Part shown: piece after piece, positions 17,485-26,899 of the stretch | Layout: each line of letters opens with the position of its first letter | Numbering within the stretch: position 1 is the stretch's first letter | Source: a virus | Length of the DNA: 64,000 nucleotides | Direction: 5' to 3' (one strand) | Virus record (IMG/VR): IMGVR_UViG_3300035183_000841 | Span: 1-64,000 of that record | Notes under the pieces: model-generated | Told to the model about the DNA's origin: nothing | Database searches by the model: none | Seen by the model: the letters and a program-made list of their open reading frames with translations, nothing else | Translations under genes and position numbers: made by a program

Positions 17485-17802
17485 TTGAATGATGGCGCTT
17501 CCAGGCTCATCATCATCCTACCACGGATGGCGAGCAAAGGATCGAAAGAGAGCCACAAGTTGCGGAGCAAGGCCAGGGATAGATGGCAACAAGTGGTGAA
17601 AGTGTACGGCAAGTCGTGCTTCTATTGTGGTACGATGCCTGCGGACACGATTGACCATTATATCCCGCTCGGGAAGGGCGGCACGAACGATCTGTCCAAC
17701 CTCCGCCCTGCCTGTCGGGCATGCAACGAGTCGAAAGGAGATGAGCTACCGACGCGATGGCAACCACCACGAAGAAGGACGACGCCCCCGACACCCTCGT
17801 GA
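17485..17802 (+). CDS. HNH endonuclease (start probably ATG 17527)
   Basis: CFYC, TIDHYIPLGKGG, NL.PACRACN..KG. Confidence 0.9.
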   Translation: MNDGASRLIIILPRMASKGSKESHKLRSKARDRWQQVVKVYGKSCFYCGTMPADTIDHYIPLGKGGTNDLSNLRPACRACNESKGDELPTRWQPPRRRTTPPTPS

Positions 17803-17990
17803 GGTGCAAGCATTGCGGTGCAACGCAGATGATATCTGCCCGATACTGCCTCATCAACACCTGGCCTAGGTGCCACGACGAGGCGATGCATCTAGAGGAG
17901 ACCACCGCCGACATCGGGCAGATTATCAACGACATCAACCGCGTATCTTGGAGGATCTGGCGTGGAGAGCGTGACAAGAAGAAGAAGTGA
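17757..17990 (+). CDS. Zn-ribbon protein
   Basis: CKHC ... WPRCH...M. Confidence 0.6.
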   Translation: MATTTKKDDAPDTLVRCKHCGATQMISARYCLINTWPRCHDEAMHLEETTADIGQIINDINRVSWRIWRGERDKKKK

Positions 17991-18261
17991 TGAGTGGAAG
18001 ATATCTGCGAAGTGCAGGGAGTACGACCCGGAATGGTGGTTCGAAGATGCATCTCCAGAGGAGAACAGCCGCGCCATCTGGATATGCCTGAACGAGTGTC
18101 CGGTGAAGGACACATGCCTCGAGTACGCCGTGACCCACATGATCGAGCACGGCATCTGGGGTGGGCTCCGGGCCTATGCGAGGCGGAAGTGGCAGGAGTT
18201 CAGCGGGTTCGTGCCGACCGAGGAGCGTAGGCCCATCATCATCGACACCAGGAAGCTCTGA
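17962..18261 (+). CDS. whiB: WhiB-family Fe-S transcription factor
   Basis: C...DPE.WF, ICLNECPV...CLEYA, GIWGG. Confidence 0.92.
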   Translation: MESVTRRRSDEWKISAKCREYDPEWWFEDASPEENSRAIWICLNECPVKDTCLEYAVTHMIEHGIWGGLRAYARRKWQEFSGFVPTEERRPIIIDTRKL

Positions 18262-18683
18262 TGGAGTTCTCCGGGCTTTCCCCACGGAACTGCGGGGAGC
18301 ACCGTTCCGTAGGTTCCCGAGCCTGGTGCATCGACTGCAACGACTGGTGTACGTCGCACCTTCCGTGCATCGGTTGTTCGCGACTGCCCGTGGATGACCT
18401 CATCTACGCGATAACGCAGGCGAGGTACAAGTGGGGAGATCAAGATCACATCTCCCCTATGGCATGGCTCACGATCCTGACCGAAGAGGTGGGCGAGGTC
18501 GCGCACATCGTCTGTGACCACCTCATGATCTCCGGCGATGGGGATTCGTCCCACTATCCGGAGAAGTACGATGAATTCGCGAACCTGAGGAGTGAAATCG
18601 CTCAGGTCGCCGCCGTGTGCATCAGGTGGATGCTCGCCATCGATGCCGAGGAGGACAGGAGGACGACCGATGGACGCTTTTAG
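18261..18683 (+). CDS. MazG-like NTP pyrophosphohydrolase with N-terminal Cys-rich domain
   Basis: KWG.Q.H, ILTEEVGEVA, LRSEIAQVAAV. Confidence 0.8.
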   Translation: MEFSGLSPRNCGEHRSVGSRAWCIDCNDWCTSHLPCIGCSRLPVDDLIYAITQARYKWGDQDHISPMAWLTILTEEVGEVAHIVCDHLMISGDGDSSHYPEKYDEFANLRSEIAQVAAVCIRWMLAIDAEEDRRTTDGRF

Positions 18684-18858
18684 CGTTGCGCTCAGGAAAG
18701 CCTCCGAAACGCTGCTCAGGGTCGCAGGCGATATCGAAGGTGTCGTCGATATGCTGAGCGTCTGGGAGTGCAGTAACGAAGCATCTAGGTCAGAGTACAT
18801 ATGGCAGCTCCTGGTCGAGCTGGCTGGTGACTTATCGAAAAGAGCGGAGAATCGATGA
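18670..18858 (+). CDS. Hypothetical protein
   Basis: Overlapping operon gene. Confidence 0.5.
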   Translation: MDAFSVALRKASETLLRVAGDIEGVVDMLSVWECSNEASRSEYIWQLLVELAGDLSKRAENR

Positions 18859-19097
18859 GTAAGGACTTGTACATCTTCGTTTCTGATGATATTGTCTTAG
18901 TCCTGCTCCCATGCACTGCCTCACATGCTTCAAGATGGACGAAGATAAACAACGATATACTCACCCTCATACTCCTGTACTCGATCGATGTCGAAAGGTA
19001 CGATCATCCTTGCGGTTGCACGAGCATCGTCCCCATCGGCATCAGTAGCAGTGACTTGATGTGGCTTAGAGATGAGCACGAACTTCTTCGTCTATGA
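18855..19097 (+). CDS. C..H...CGC family protein, copy 1
   Basis: PCTASH ... HPCGC. Confidence 0.6.
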   Translation: MSKDLYIFVSDDIVLVLLPCTASHASRWTKINNDILTLILLYSIDVERYDHPCGCTSIVPIGISSSDLMWLRDEHELLRL

Positions 19098-19326
19098 GAA
19101 GGATAGGGGGATCACTTCCCATGTCGGAAAGAGGTTCGCCGCAGGGGGAGGGAAGATAGGGTGGATGTGGGACATGTCTCCGGAGCTCTTCTGGATGGTG
19201 CTTTCGGTGGAAGACCCACTTTTCAAGGATGAACTTGGCAACACGTACACGTTCGATGAGATGGCAAACATCATCCGTCGCGTTGATGAGATAGACTACG
19301 GGTTCGTGGGGAGGGATTTCTTGTGA
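19072..19326 (+). CDS. Hypothetical phage protein (MSTNF..HVGKR..G...DELG)
   Basis: Overlapping operon gene. Confidence 0.65.
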   Translation: MSTNFFVYEKDRGITSHVGKRFAAGGGKIGWMWDMSPELFWMVLSVEDPLFKDELGNTYTFDEMANIIRRVDEIDYGFVGRDFL

Positions 19327-19454
19327 AGCTGCGATGCAGGATAGGTTGGCATAAGGTCGTTCCGTACGGGTGGTCGTTCCCGTTCCCGTTCGTGTGTATA
19401 GATTGCGGCAGAACCTTCCAACTCACACATTTCGGGCTGAGGCGGATAAGATGA
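19323..19454 (+). CDS. Small Zn-ribbon peptide (CRIGWHK...CIDCG)
   Basis: GTGA overlap; not in ORF track. Confidence 0.6.
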   Translation: MKLRCRIGWHKVVPYGWSFPFPFVCIDCGRTFQLTHFGLRRIR

Positions 19455-19663
19455 GATACTTCATCCATAGATGTTTCAGTCTGGGTAGACCACCACATGC
19501 GATGATGATGCCGTCTCGATGCGAGCTGCATAGCGGGAACCTTTGGTGGGAAGAGATTGATGAGTCGACGTTCAACATGGTGATGCTCGCGACCTCTAAA
19601 GTCACCAAGCATCCCTGCGGGTGTGTCGAGATATCCGAAAATGAGCACGTACTTCGTCCATAA
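19451..19663 (+). CDS. C..H...CGC family protein, copy 2
   Basis: RCELH ... HPCGC; ATGA overlap. Confidence 0.6.
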   Translation: MRYFIHRCFSLGRPPHAMMMPSRCELHSGNLWWEEIDESTFNMVMLATSKVTKHPCGCVEISENEHVLRP

Positions 19664-19901
19664 GAATTGCAATGACCCTCTCGTAAAAGCGCACTTGATA
19701 GTTGCATGCCCTAAACATGAGAAACAATTATTTGAATACCCGTACGAATGGCCCCCCATCACCGGTCACGTTCTGAGCTTCGTCCTGCTCGCTGAAGATA
19801 TCGTATATGGAGAACTTAAGTGTGGATGCAGAGAATCATATGCGGCAAAAATCACTAAGGAGTTCATATTGTCAATCCAAGGTGACGATGATGAAGATTG
19901 A
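19641..19901 (+). CDS. C..H...CGC family protein, copy 3
   Basis: ACPKH ... LKCGC. Confidence 0.6.
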   Translation: MSTYFVHKNCNDPLVKAHLIVACPKHEKQLFEYPYEWPPITGHVLSFVLLAEDIVYGELKCGCRESYAAKITKEFILSIQGDDDED

Positions 19902-20100
19902 ATACCGGTGGTCGTGGCGGACGAACGAGCTGGAGGTTCTGTGCAAGTTCGACCTGGAAGAGATCAGGAGCGCCGATTATTTCTTATGGGACCTTATCAA
20001 GCGAACTCCGAAGGATGAGCGCGCACGCATATCCAGGCAGATACTCGGGCTGGCCATCATGGCGGACAAGATAGAGGAGATGAGCAAAGATCGTAGTTGA
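19888..20100 (+). CDS. Hypothetical protein
   Basis: Overlapping operon gene. Confidence 0.55.
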   Translation: MMKIEYRWSWRTNELEVLCKFDLEEIRSADYFLWDLIKRTPKDERARISRQILGLAIMADKIEEMSKDRS

Positions 20101-20132
20101 TTTTCGTATCATCAGGTATATCATGACTATAG

Positions 20133-20339
20133 ATGAAACAGGAGAGGGTGCAGAAACAGAAGAAACCAGCGAGGCGTCAGGAAGAGCCCCTACCGCAAGA
20201 GACGGATTCGCCCCAAAAGAGCGATGCCTCTGATAAACTCATATCCGAACTCGACGACATCCTTGACGAGATCGACGAGGTGCTCGAGGAGAACGCCGAG
20301 GAATTCGTGAAGAACTACATCCAAAAAGGGGGACAATGA
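20133..20339 (+). CDS. pup: Prokaryotic ubiquitin-like protein Pup
   Basis: 68 aa, disordered N-terminus, LDDILDEIDEVLEENAEEFVKNYIQKGGQ. Confidence 0.95.
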   Translation: MKQERVQKQKKPARRQEEPLPQETDSPQKSDASDKLISELDDILDEIDEVLEENAEEFVKNYIQKGGQ

Positions 20340-20366
20340 CGAGAAAATCCGCCGGAAAGGAGGAAT

Positions 20367-20729
20367 ATGCACAAAAAACTACCTGTTTCCGCGCAATATC
20401 GGGTCGCTGGGAACCTCTGTAAGGCACTCGCCGCATCGAAGAACACCGTAGATAAAGCACTGCTCATATGCGGCTATGCCGCCATCTTGAAGAGGATCTC
20501 GGAGAGCAACCTCATCGCGGTTTCTTCGTATGCTGGTGTAGACTTCACCGATGGTACGCCATCGGATATCCTGCGCTACTACGTGAAGGCAGGCTTCATC
20601 GAGATCATCGATGAAGGGAAGGGAGTGGCAAGCATCTTCGATGATGATATCATTGAAGAAGAAGATGATGAACTTCGCTATGCGAAGGCGCAGATCGAGA
20701 AATACAGGAGAGATCTTCTGAATGGCTGA
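20367..20729 (+). CDS. Hypothetical protein
   Basis: SD AAAGGAGG. Confidence 0.65.
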   Translation: MHKKLPVSAQYRVAGNLCKALAASKNTVDKALLICGYAAILKRISESNLIAVSSYAGVDFTDGTPSDILRYYVKAGFIEIIDEGKGVASIFDDDIIEEEDDELRYAKAQIEKYRRDLLNG

Positions 20730-21036
20730 ACCTATCGGAGAATACCTATGCAAGAAGTGCGGCAAGATGCCGATAGATAATCCGTCTGCCGTGGTCATCA
20801 CGTTCCCCGAAGGGCTTAAGATGCCTGTCGCCGAGATAAAGTGCCACGGATGCGGCTCGAAGGTCCGTTCCGAGCTCACTTGGGAGGATGCCATCTTGTT
20901 CGATCAGGCGGGCGTCACCGTGAGGGGCTTCTCATTCGTAAGAGGGCCAGCACTCACCCAAGAAGAGATAGATTCATTCATCGCGAACTTCGACCGGGAA
21001 GTCGAACGATTCTTGGATATCTGTAGCCGCAAATGA
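20722..21036 (+). CDS. Zn-ribbon protein
   Basis: CKKC...CHGC, ALTQEEIDSF. Confidence 0.65.
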   Translation: MAEPIGEYLCKKCGKMPIDNPSAVVITFPEGLKMPVAEIKCHGCGSKVRSELTWEDAILFDQAGVTVRGFSFVRGPALTQEEIDSFIANFDREVERFLDICSRK

Positions 21037-22013
21037 TCGACTCCATCGCTATCTACATGGTTCCACCATCACAGGGGCCCGTGGATGGGTACTCCTACGC
21101 TGGTCTGAAGATGGTCGAGGCACTGAAAGCACTAGGGTACTCGACCCCATGGCGCGATGATGATGCTCCCGTTTCGATCTCTTTCTGCCAGCCGGAATGG
21201 TATTCCCATGCGCAGTCTCAGTTCCGTATCGGATACACCCCATGGGAATCCACCGTGATACCGAAATGGTGGCCCCAACACATGAACGAGATGGATCTCA
21301 TCTGGACCACTTCGAAGTTCTGCAAGGAAGTATTCGAAGACAATGGGGTTACGACCGAGATCCTCGTGGTACCGCACGGGATCGACATCAATGAATTCAC
21401 ACTATCACCTCGCAAGGAGGAAGATACCTTCTATTTCCTCCATATAGGAGAACCGGCGACCAGGAAGGGCGGGCAGATGGTCGTCGATGCGTTCTGCAAG
21501 GTCTTCGCCGATGACGATTCGACCAGGCTCATCATCAAGGCGAACGGATGGGCCGAGTGTCGGCTCCGCGAGCCGTTCGGGCCGGTCGATACTCACCCGA
21601 GGATAGAACTGATAAAGGAACTTCTGAACATCCACGAGTTAAACGCCCTTTACCACCGCTGCCATGCGCTGATCTACCCATCGAACGGAGAAGGGTTCGG
21701 ACTTATCCCGTTCCAGGCCATCGCCACCGGTATGCCGACGGCAGCGGTCGTATGGGGGGGCATAGCGGAGTTCGGCGAGTACTGCATCCCTATCGATTAC
21801 AAGGTGGGGTCATCCGGCCACAGCTACCATCTCGGCGATTGGGCGCATCCAGACTTCGACAGCCTCTGCGAGGTGATGTATGATATCCGGCACCGGTACT
21901 CAGACTATGCAAGGGATGCCTACGATAACGCATTGGACGTTAGGAGGGAGTGGCAGTGGAAAGATATCATAGAGAACGCATTGAACATCAGTCTTTCTAA
22001 AGGCAAATCCTGA
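21033..22013 (+). CDS. GT-B fold glycosyltransferase (GT4-like)
   Basis: YTPWES, VPHGID, RKG, YPSNGEGFGLIP..A.A.GMP. Confidence 0.9.
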   Translation: MIDSIAIYMVPPSQGPVDGYSYAGLKMVEALKALGYSTPWRDDDAPVSISFCQPEWYSHAQSQFRIGYTPWESTVIPKWWPQHMNEMDLIWTTSKFCKEVFEDNGVTTEILVVPHGIDINEFTLSPRKEEDTFYFLHIGEPATRKGGQMVVDAFCKVFADDDSTRLIIKANGWAECRLREPFGPVDTHPRIELIKELLNIHELNALYHRCHALIYPSNGEGFGLIPFQAIATGMPTAAVVWGGIAEFGEYCIPIDYKVGSSGHSYHLGDWAHPDFDSLCEVMYDIRHRYSDYARDAYDNALDVRREWQWKDIIENALNISLSKGKS

Positions 22014-22078
22014 CCCCCTCAGGGGACGGGAGTATACTTTCCCTCATCTTCGGTTGATTCGAGTAAACCATTCAGGAG

Positions 22079-24841
22079 GTGCTTCAGTTGTCTTCACCGC
22101 AACTTACGGAACAAGCTATCAGGGTATTGGAGGAGAGGTATTTCGATAAGGACGAGAACGGGAACATCATCGAGGATTGGGAAGGTCTTTCACGAAGGGT
22201 CGCCAGAGCTATAGCTTCTATCGAGTCCAGGTACGGGGTTGACCCGAGGCCGTGGGAGGAGTCGTTCTTCGACGCGATCTACAACCTCCGTTTCGTGCCG
22301 AACAGCCCAACACTGTTCAATGCTGGATCGCGTGGCGGGCTCGGGCTGCTGAGCGCCTGCTTCGTTCAGGTGCCCGACGATTCACTTGACTCTATCATGT
22401 TGCATGCTTGGCGTTCGGCGAAGCTGTTCCAGGCTGGCGCTGGAGTAGGGTATAACTTCTCCAACCTGCGGGAAGAAGGGGCCATGGTCCGTTCTTCCAT
22501 GCGTCCATCCTCTGGAGCGATCTCCTTCATGTACCACATCTTCAACTCCATCGGCGAGGTCGTGAAGCAGGGCGGTCGTCGGCGCGCAGCGATGATGGGT
22601 CTTCTGAACGATGACCACCCAGAGATCGAGAGGTTCGTCACGTTCAAGAATCATGAATCTTCACTTACGAACTTCAACATCTCGGTGTTCGCCTCCAACC
22701 GGTTCATGGAATCCGTTGAGAAGAACAAGCCGTGGCACCTCCTGGGTAGAACCAGCGGCAACGTTGTGAAGACCATCTCTGCGAAGGCGCTGATGGAGCA
22801 GATCGCCGAGAACAACTGGAAGATGGCCGAACCCGGGATGATCTGGCGCGACGCCATCAACCGGTACAACCCACTAGCTCATCTCGGCGAGAAGTATCAG
22901 ATCAACGCGGTGAATCCATGCGTCAGTGGAGACACCCGCATCCTGACCTCCCATGGTTATGTGCCGATACGTTCGGTGGTGGGGACCAAGGTGGAGGTCT
23001 GGAACGGCCAGCAGTGGTCGAAGGTTACCCCTAAGGTGACGGGTAGGAACCAGGACATGCTGAAGGTCACGCTGAGCGACGGCTCCCAGCTGCGATGCAC
23101 CCTGTACCACGGGTTCCACATCTGGGATGAGTCTCGTCCGTTCAGCCGGAGCACCCCGGTCCTGGTGGAGGCCAAAGACCTCCGTCCGGGCATGAAGCTG
23201 TGGAAGTACCAGATGCCCGTCATCGTAGAGGGCGAAGAGGTCGATACATCCGTCGCCTACACCCAGGGCGTGTACGCCGGGGACGGCTATCTCGCTAAGG
23301 ATCGGCAACAGCCGTGGGTGTACCTGTACGGGGAGAAGACGAACCTGCTGGACGGGATGGTGTACAGGTACCAGCACACTTCCGATAAATCACGCAGGGT
23401 AGAGGTCTGCCTCGATAGGGATGTGATCAAGGAGAAGACCTTCGTACCGTTCAACTGGTCTCTCGACGCCAGGTTGGCATGGCTTGCTGGGCTGATCGAT
23501 ACCGACGGGACCATCACTCGAGATGGGAGCATCCAGATCGGAAGCATCAACAAGGAGTTCCTTGATGAAGTGAGGCTGATGCTTACCACGATGGGTGTTC
23601 GGGCTAAGGTGACGTTCATGCGTTCCGGCGGTCCTCGTCGGATGCCCGATGGTCATGGGGGGACGAAGGAGTACGAGACCAAAGACTGCTACCGTTTGAT
23701 CATCGCGGGGTCTGATGTCGTCACCCTCCGCCAGTACGGGCTCAGCGACTTCCTCCGCAGGGTGGACGTGCGGAACGTCTCCTGCAACCGCAGCGCCACC
23801 CAGTTCGTCCGCGTCGTCTCCGTAGAGCCGGATGGATTCGAGGAGGAAGTGTTCTGCTTCAATGAGCCGATCAATCACACCGGCACGTTCAACGGAATAG
23901 TCACGGCGCAGTGCTCCGAAGCTACCCTTCTCAATTTCGGCAATTGCTGTTTGGGGAGCATCAACCTCGTGAAACACTTGCATGGCAAGGAGATCGACTG
24001 GGATGCGCTTGAAGCGACCACCCGTCTCGCCGTGCGGTTCCTCGATGATGTCATCGACGCCGACAACCATGTCGCGCCGGAGTTCGAGAAGGCCGCGAAG
24101 GATGTGCGCCGTATCGGCATCGGCGTAACCGGTTTCGCAGATGTGCTCGTGATGATGGATATCGTCTACGGCTCCGAATCCTCGTTCCGGGTGGCTCATG
24201 AGGTAGCTTCGTTCCTGAACCGGATCGCCGTTGATGAGTCGAGCAAGATCGCGATGGAGAAAGGACCGTATCCGCTGTGGGACAAGAGCCTTCACAAGGA
24301 CATGGGGCTCGTCCTTCGGAACATCTCGCTCCTTTCCATCGCACCAGAGGGTTCGAGGTCCATCATCACCAACACCTCGCCTTCGATAGAGCCGAACTTC
24401 GGCAGGGTTATAGTGAGGACCAACAAGGGGATCGGATCAGGAACGTTCCCCCATCCGCTCGCATCGAACCCGGCGTTCCGGACGACCTACGAGGTCCCGT
24501 TCTGGGCGCACATCAAGATGCAGTCCGTGTGGCAGAACGCGATGAACGAGAATATGGTCGGTCAGGCGATAAGCAAGACGAACAACGCGCCGAAAGACAT
24601 AAGTCCTGACGAAATGGCAGAAGCGTATCTCGAGGCATGGCGGATCGGATGCAAAGGGCTCACCGTGTATCGGGACACCAGTCGAGATGCGGTTTATTAC
24701 GAGCATAAGGATGATGAAGTCCGGGACGAACACGGCAGGCTCGTGCTAGAATGCGCTACCGGTGTATGTGACATAGGTATGGCGAAGCCTCCTGTAAGGG
24801 CATTCAAGGAGCACGATGACGCAAAGGTATTACGGGGATGA
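22079..24841 (+). CDS. nrdJ: Class II (adenosylcobalamin-dependent) ribonucleotide reductase with intein
   Basis: PNSPTLFNAG, LSACF, QGGRRRAAMM, TNFNISV, NP[intein]CSE, CCLGSINL, SIAPEG, CKGLTVYRD; start may be TTG 22088. Confidence 0.92.
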   Translation: MLQLSSPQLTEQAIRVLEERYFDKDENGNIIEDWEGLSRRVARAIASIESRYGVDPRPWEESFFDAIYNLRFVPNSPTLFNAGSRGGLGLLSACFVQVPDDSLDSIMLHAWRSAKLFQAGAGVGYNFSNLREEGAMVRSSMRPSSGAISFMYHIFNSIGEVVKQGGRRRAAMMGLLNDDHPEIERFVTFKNHESSLTNFNISVFASNRFMESVEKNKPWHLLGRTSGNVVKTISAKALMEQIAENNWKMAEPGMIWRDAINRYNPLAHLGEKYQINAVNPCVSGDTRILTSHGYVPIRSVVGTKVEVWNGQQWSKVTPKVTGRNQDMLKVTLSDGSQLRCTLYHGFHIWDESRPFSRSTPVLVEAKDLRPGMKLWKYQMPVIVEGEEVDTSVAYTQGVYAGDGYLAKDRQQPWVYLYGEKTNLLDGMVYRYQHTSDKSRRVEVCLDRDVIKEKTFVPFNWSLDARLAWLAGLIDTDGTITRDGSIQIGSINKEFLDEVRLMLTTMGVRAKVTFMRSGGPRRMPDGHGGTKEYETKDCYRLIIAGSDVVTLRQYGLSDFLRRVDVRNVSCNRSATQFVRVVSVEPDGFEEEVFCFNEPINHTGTFNGIVTAQCSEATLLNFGNCCLGSINLVKHLHGKEIDWDALEATTRLAVRFLDDVIDADNHVAPEFEKAAKDVRRIGIGVTGFADVLVMMDIVYGSESSFRVAHEVASFLNRIAVDESSKIAMEKGPYPLWDKSLHKDMGLVLRNISLLSIAPEGSRSIITNTSPSIEPNFGRVIVRTNKGIGSGTFPHPLASNPAFRTTYEVPFWAHIKMQSVWQNAMNENMVGQAISKTNNAPKDISPDEMAEAYLEAWRIGCKGLTVYRDTSRDAVYYEHKDDEVRDEHGRLVLECATGVCDIGMAKPPVRAFKEHDDAKVLRG
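22919..23911 (+). mobile_element. LAGLIDADG homing intein in NrdJ, ending in Gln
   Basis: CVSGDT...TLYH...YAGDG...LAGLIDTDG...NGIVTAQ/C. Confidence 0.9.
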
Positions 24842-25364
24842 GACGTATTGGTTCCGCCCTGTAGAGGAATCTGACCTCGAAGTACTGACAGAGCATAGGA
24901 ACGACTTCGAGACTTGGACCAAGCTAACATCGCCCCTGCCCGTGATGGCTCATCGGCAGGCCAGATGGCTCGAGTCTTTAGGCCATGAAAATATGTATTT
25001 CATAGGCCACTACAGAGAGGACGGCATGAGCCTGCTTCGGCTCACCGATATCGACTGGGCGAACCGTCATGCCGCCGTAGGGCTGGATGTGTTCAAGCCG
25101 TACCGTGGGTTCGGCCACGCGAAACCACTCTTCGCCCTGCTCTGTAGGTATGCCATACGGGAACTGGGGATGCACAGGCTATGGCTCTTGGTGCTCGAAG
25201 ACAACATCGCCGCCCAACGGGTCTATCGTTCGGTGAACTTCATTGAGGAGGGACGGTTCAGACAGCACATATTCAGGCACGGGAAGTTCAAGGATTACGT
25301 ATTGATGGGAGTATTGGAGGAAGAATTCGATGATTCAGCAATTCAAAGTTCATATGAATCCTGA
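24816..25364 (+). CDS. GNAT N-acetyltransferase (RimJ/PseH-like)
   Basis: RPVEESDL, IDW.NRHA, YRG.G, N.AA.RVY...F..EGRFRQH. Confidence 0.85.
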   Translation: MTQRYYGDETYWFRPVEESDLEVLTEHRNDFETWTKLTSPLPVMAHRQARWLESLGHENMYFIGHYREDGMSLLRLTDIDWANRHAAVGLDVFKPYRGFGHAKPLFALLCRYAIRELGMHRLWLLVLEDNIAAQRVYRSVNFIEEGRFRQHIFRHGKFKDYVLMGVLEEEFDDSAIQSSYES

Positions 25365-26442
25365 GGCCGTCAACAAGGTGAGAACCGTTCTCGGTTCCGG
25401 CTACATCGGCCAGGGATCCCGCGTCGAGGAGTTCGAGGAGCGGCTGAAGGAGAAGCTTGGTTTCAGTTATGGGGTAACGGTGAACTCAGGGACGGCCGCA
25501 CTCACGCTCGCGCTCCGATTGATCGGGGTCGGGCCGGGGGATTCGGTGGTGAGCACCCCGATGACCTGTTTGGCTACCAATGCCGCTATCACGCTCACCG
25601 GGGCAGACATCGTATGGGCTGATATCGATAAGTACGGCAACATCGATCCCGAGTCGGTAAGTGAGTCGATAAGGCCGAACACGAAAGCGGTCATGGCTGT
25701 CGACTGGGGTGGTATCCCTTGCGACTTCGATGCGCTTCGGAAGGCGATCGATGCAGCTCCGGCGAGAGGCACCCACGATATCCCGATCATCCAGGATGCT
25801 GCCCACGCCTTCGGTGCGACGTACCATGGCCGTCCCGTCGCTGCATGCGCCGACTACACCGCCTTCTCTTTCCAAGCCATCAAGCACCTCACCACCGGTG
25901 ATGGGGGGTTGCTCGTCGTCCCCGCGTCCCAGTACAAACGGGCTAAGCTGCTCAGGTGGTACGGACTCGATCGCACTTCCGGGGACAGGATGCGATGCCT
26001 CCAGAACGTCTATGAGATCGGCGATAAAATGCACATGAACGATATCGCCGCCGCGATAGGGCTCGGAAATCTCGAGTCCGTCGATGAGGTCGTGGCCAAA
26101 CACCGCGAGAACGCCAGGTACTACAACGACATCTTCTCGCTCTACGGCGGACTGGTGGAAGTCCCACCAGGTGACGTAGATCCCTCTTACTGGATATACA
26201 CCATCCACGTACCGGAACCAGCGGATTTCGAGCAGTTCATGTTCCACAACGGCGTCTCGGTATCGAGAGTACACAACCGGAATGACAACTACACCGCCTT
26301 CGAAGCATACTGGAAGCCGCTGCCGAACCTAGATAAGTGGTTCTCCACCATGACCTGTATCCCCGTCGGGTGGTGGCTGACCGTCGAGGACCGTAGTCGA
26401 ATCACTGAGCTGGTTATCCGCTACATCACTCCGAGCTGGTGA
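25330..26442 (+). CDS. DegT/DnrJ/EryC1/StrS PLP-dependent sugar aminotransferase
   Basis: VNSGTAAL, QDAAHAFG, FSFQAIKHLTTGDGG. Confidence 0.93.
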   Translation: MIQQFKVHMNPEAVNKVRTVLGSGYIGQGSRVEEFEERLKEKLGFSYGVTVNSGTAALTLALRLIGVGPGDSVVSTPMTCLATNAAITLTGADIVWADIDKYGNIDPESVSESIRPNTKAVMAVDWGGIPCDFDALRKAIDAAPARGTHDIPIIQDAAHAFGATYHGRPVAACADYTAFSFQAIKHLTTGDGGLLVVPASQYKRAKLLRWYGLDRTSGDRMRCLQNVYEIGDKMHMNDIAAAIGLGNLESVDEVVAKHRENARYYNDIFSLYGGLVEVPPGDVDPSYWIYTIHVPEPADFEQFMFHNGVSVSRVHNRNDNYTAFEAYWKPLPNLDKWFSTMTCIPVGWWLTVEDRSRITELVIRYITPSW

Positions 26443-26443
26443 T

Positions 26444-26899
26444 ATGAAAACCAGGTTCGTCGATAAACTCATCGGTATGGCTTCGTCTGTGGACGGGCGG
26501 TACCGTCTTGCAGCTATGGTCTATGACGACAAACACAACCCGATATCGTTCGGGACAAACTCCTATGTGAAGACCCATCCCGTCCAAGCGGCGCTGACCG
26601 GAGCGCAGAAGATCTTCATCCATGCTGAGATACAGGCACTGCTTCGAGCTTCCGGGAGACAAAGTAGAGGCATCTTGGTCGTGCGTGTGAACAAACATGG
26701 GCTTGCCATGGCGAGGCCGTGTCGTGCCTGTTATTGGGCCATCATCGTTTCTGGGCTAAGTGAGATTATGTATTCAGATGAAACTGGTTCTATCATGAAA
26801 GAGTATGTCGATAGACCTGATGAGATTCAAGGTAGGATTCGTATGTTTAACGGTCGGCCATTGGGATCTCATGTACGACCACATGAGGAGTTTGTATGA
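26444..26899 (+). CDS. Zn-dependent cytidine/dCMP deaminase-fold protein
   Basis: HAE ... ARPCRAC. Confidence 0.85.
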   Translation: MKTRFVDKLIGMASSVDGRYRLAAMVYDDKHNPISFGTNSYVKTHPVQAALTGAQKIFIHAEIQALLRASGRQSRGILVVRVNKHGLAMARPCRACYWAIIVSGLSEIMYSDETGSIMKEYVDRPDEIQGRIRMFNGRPLGSHVRPHEEFV

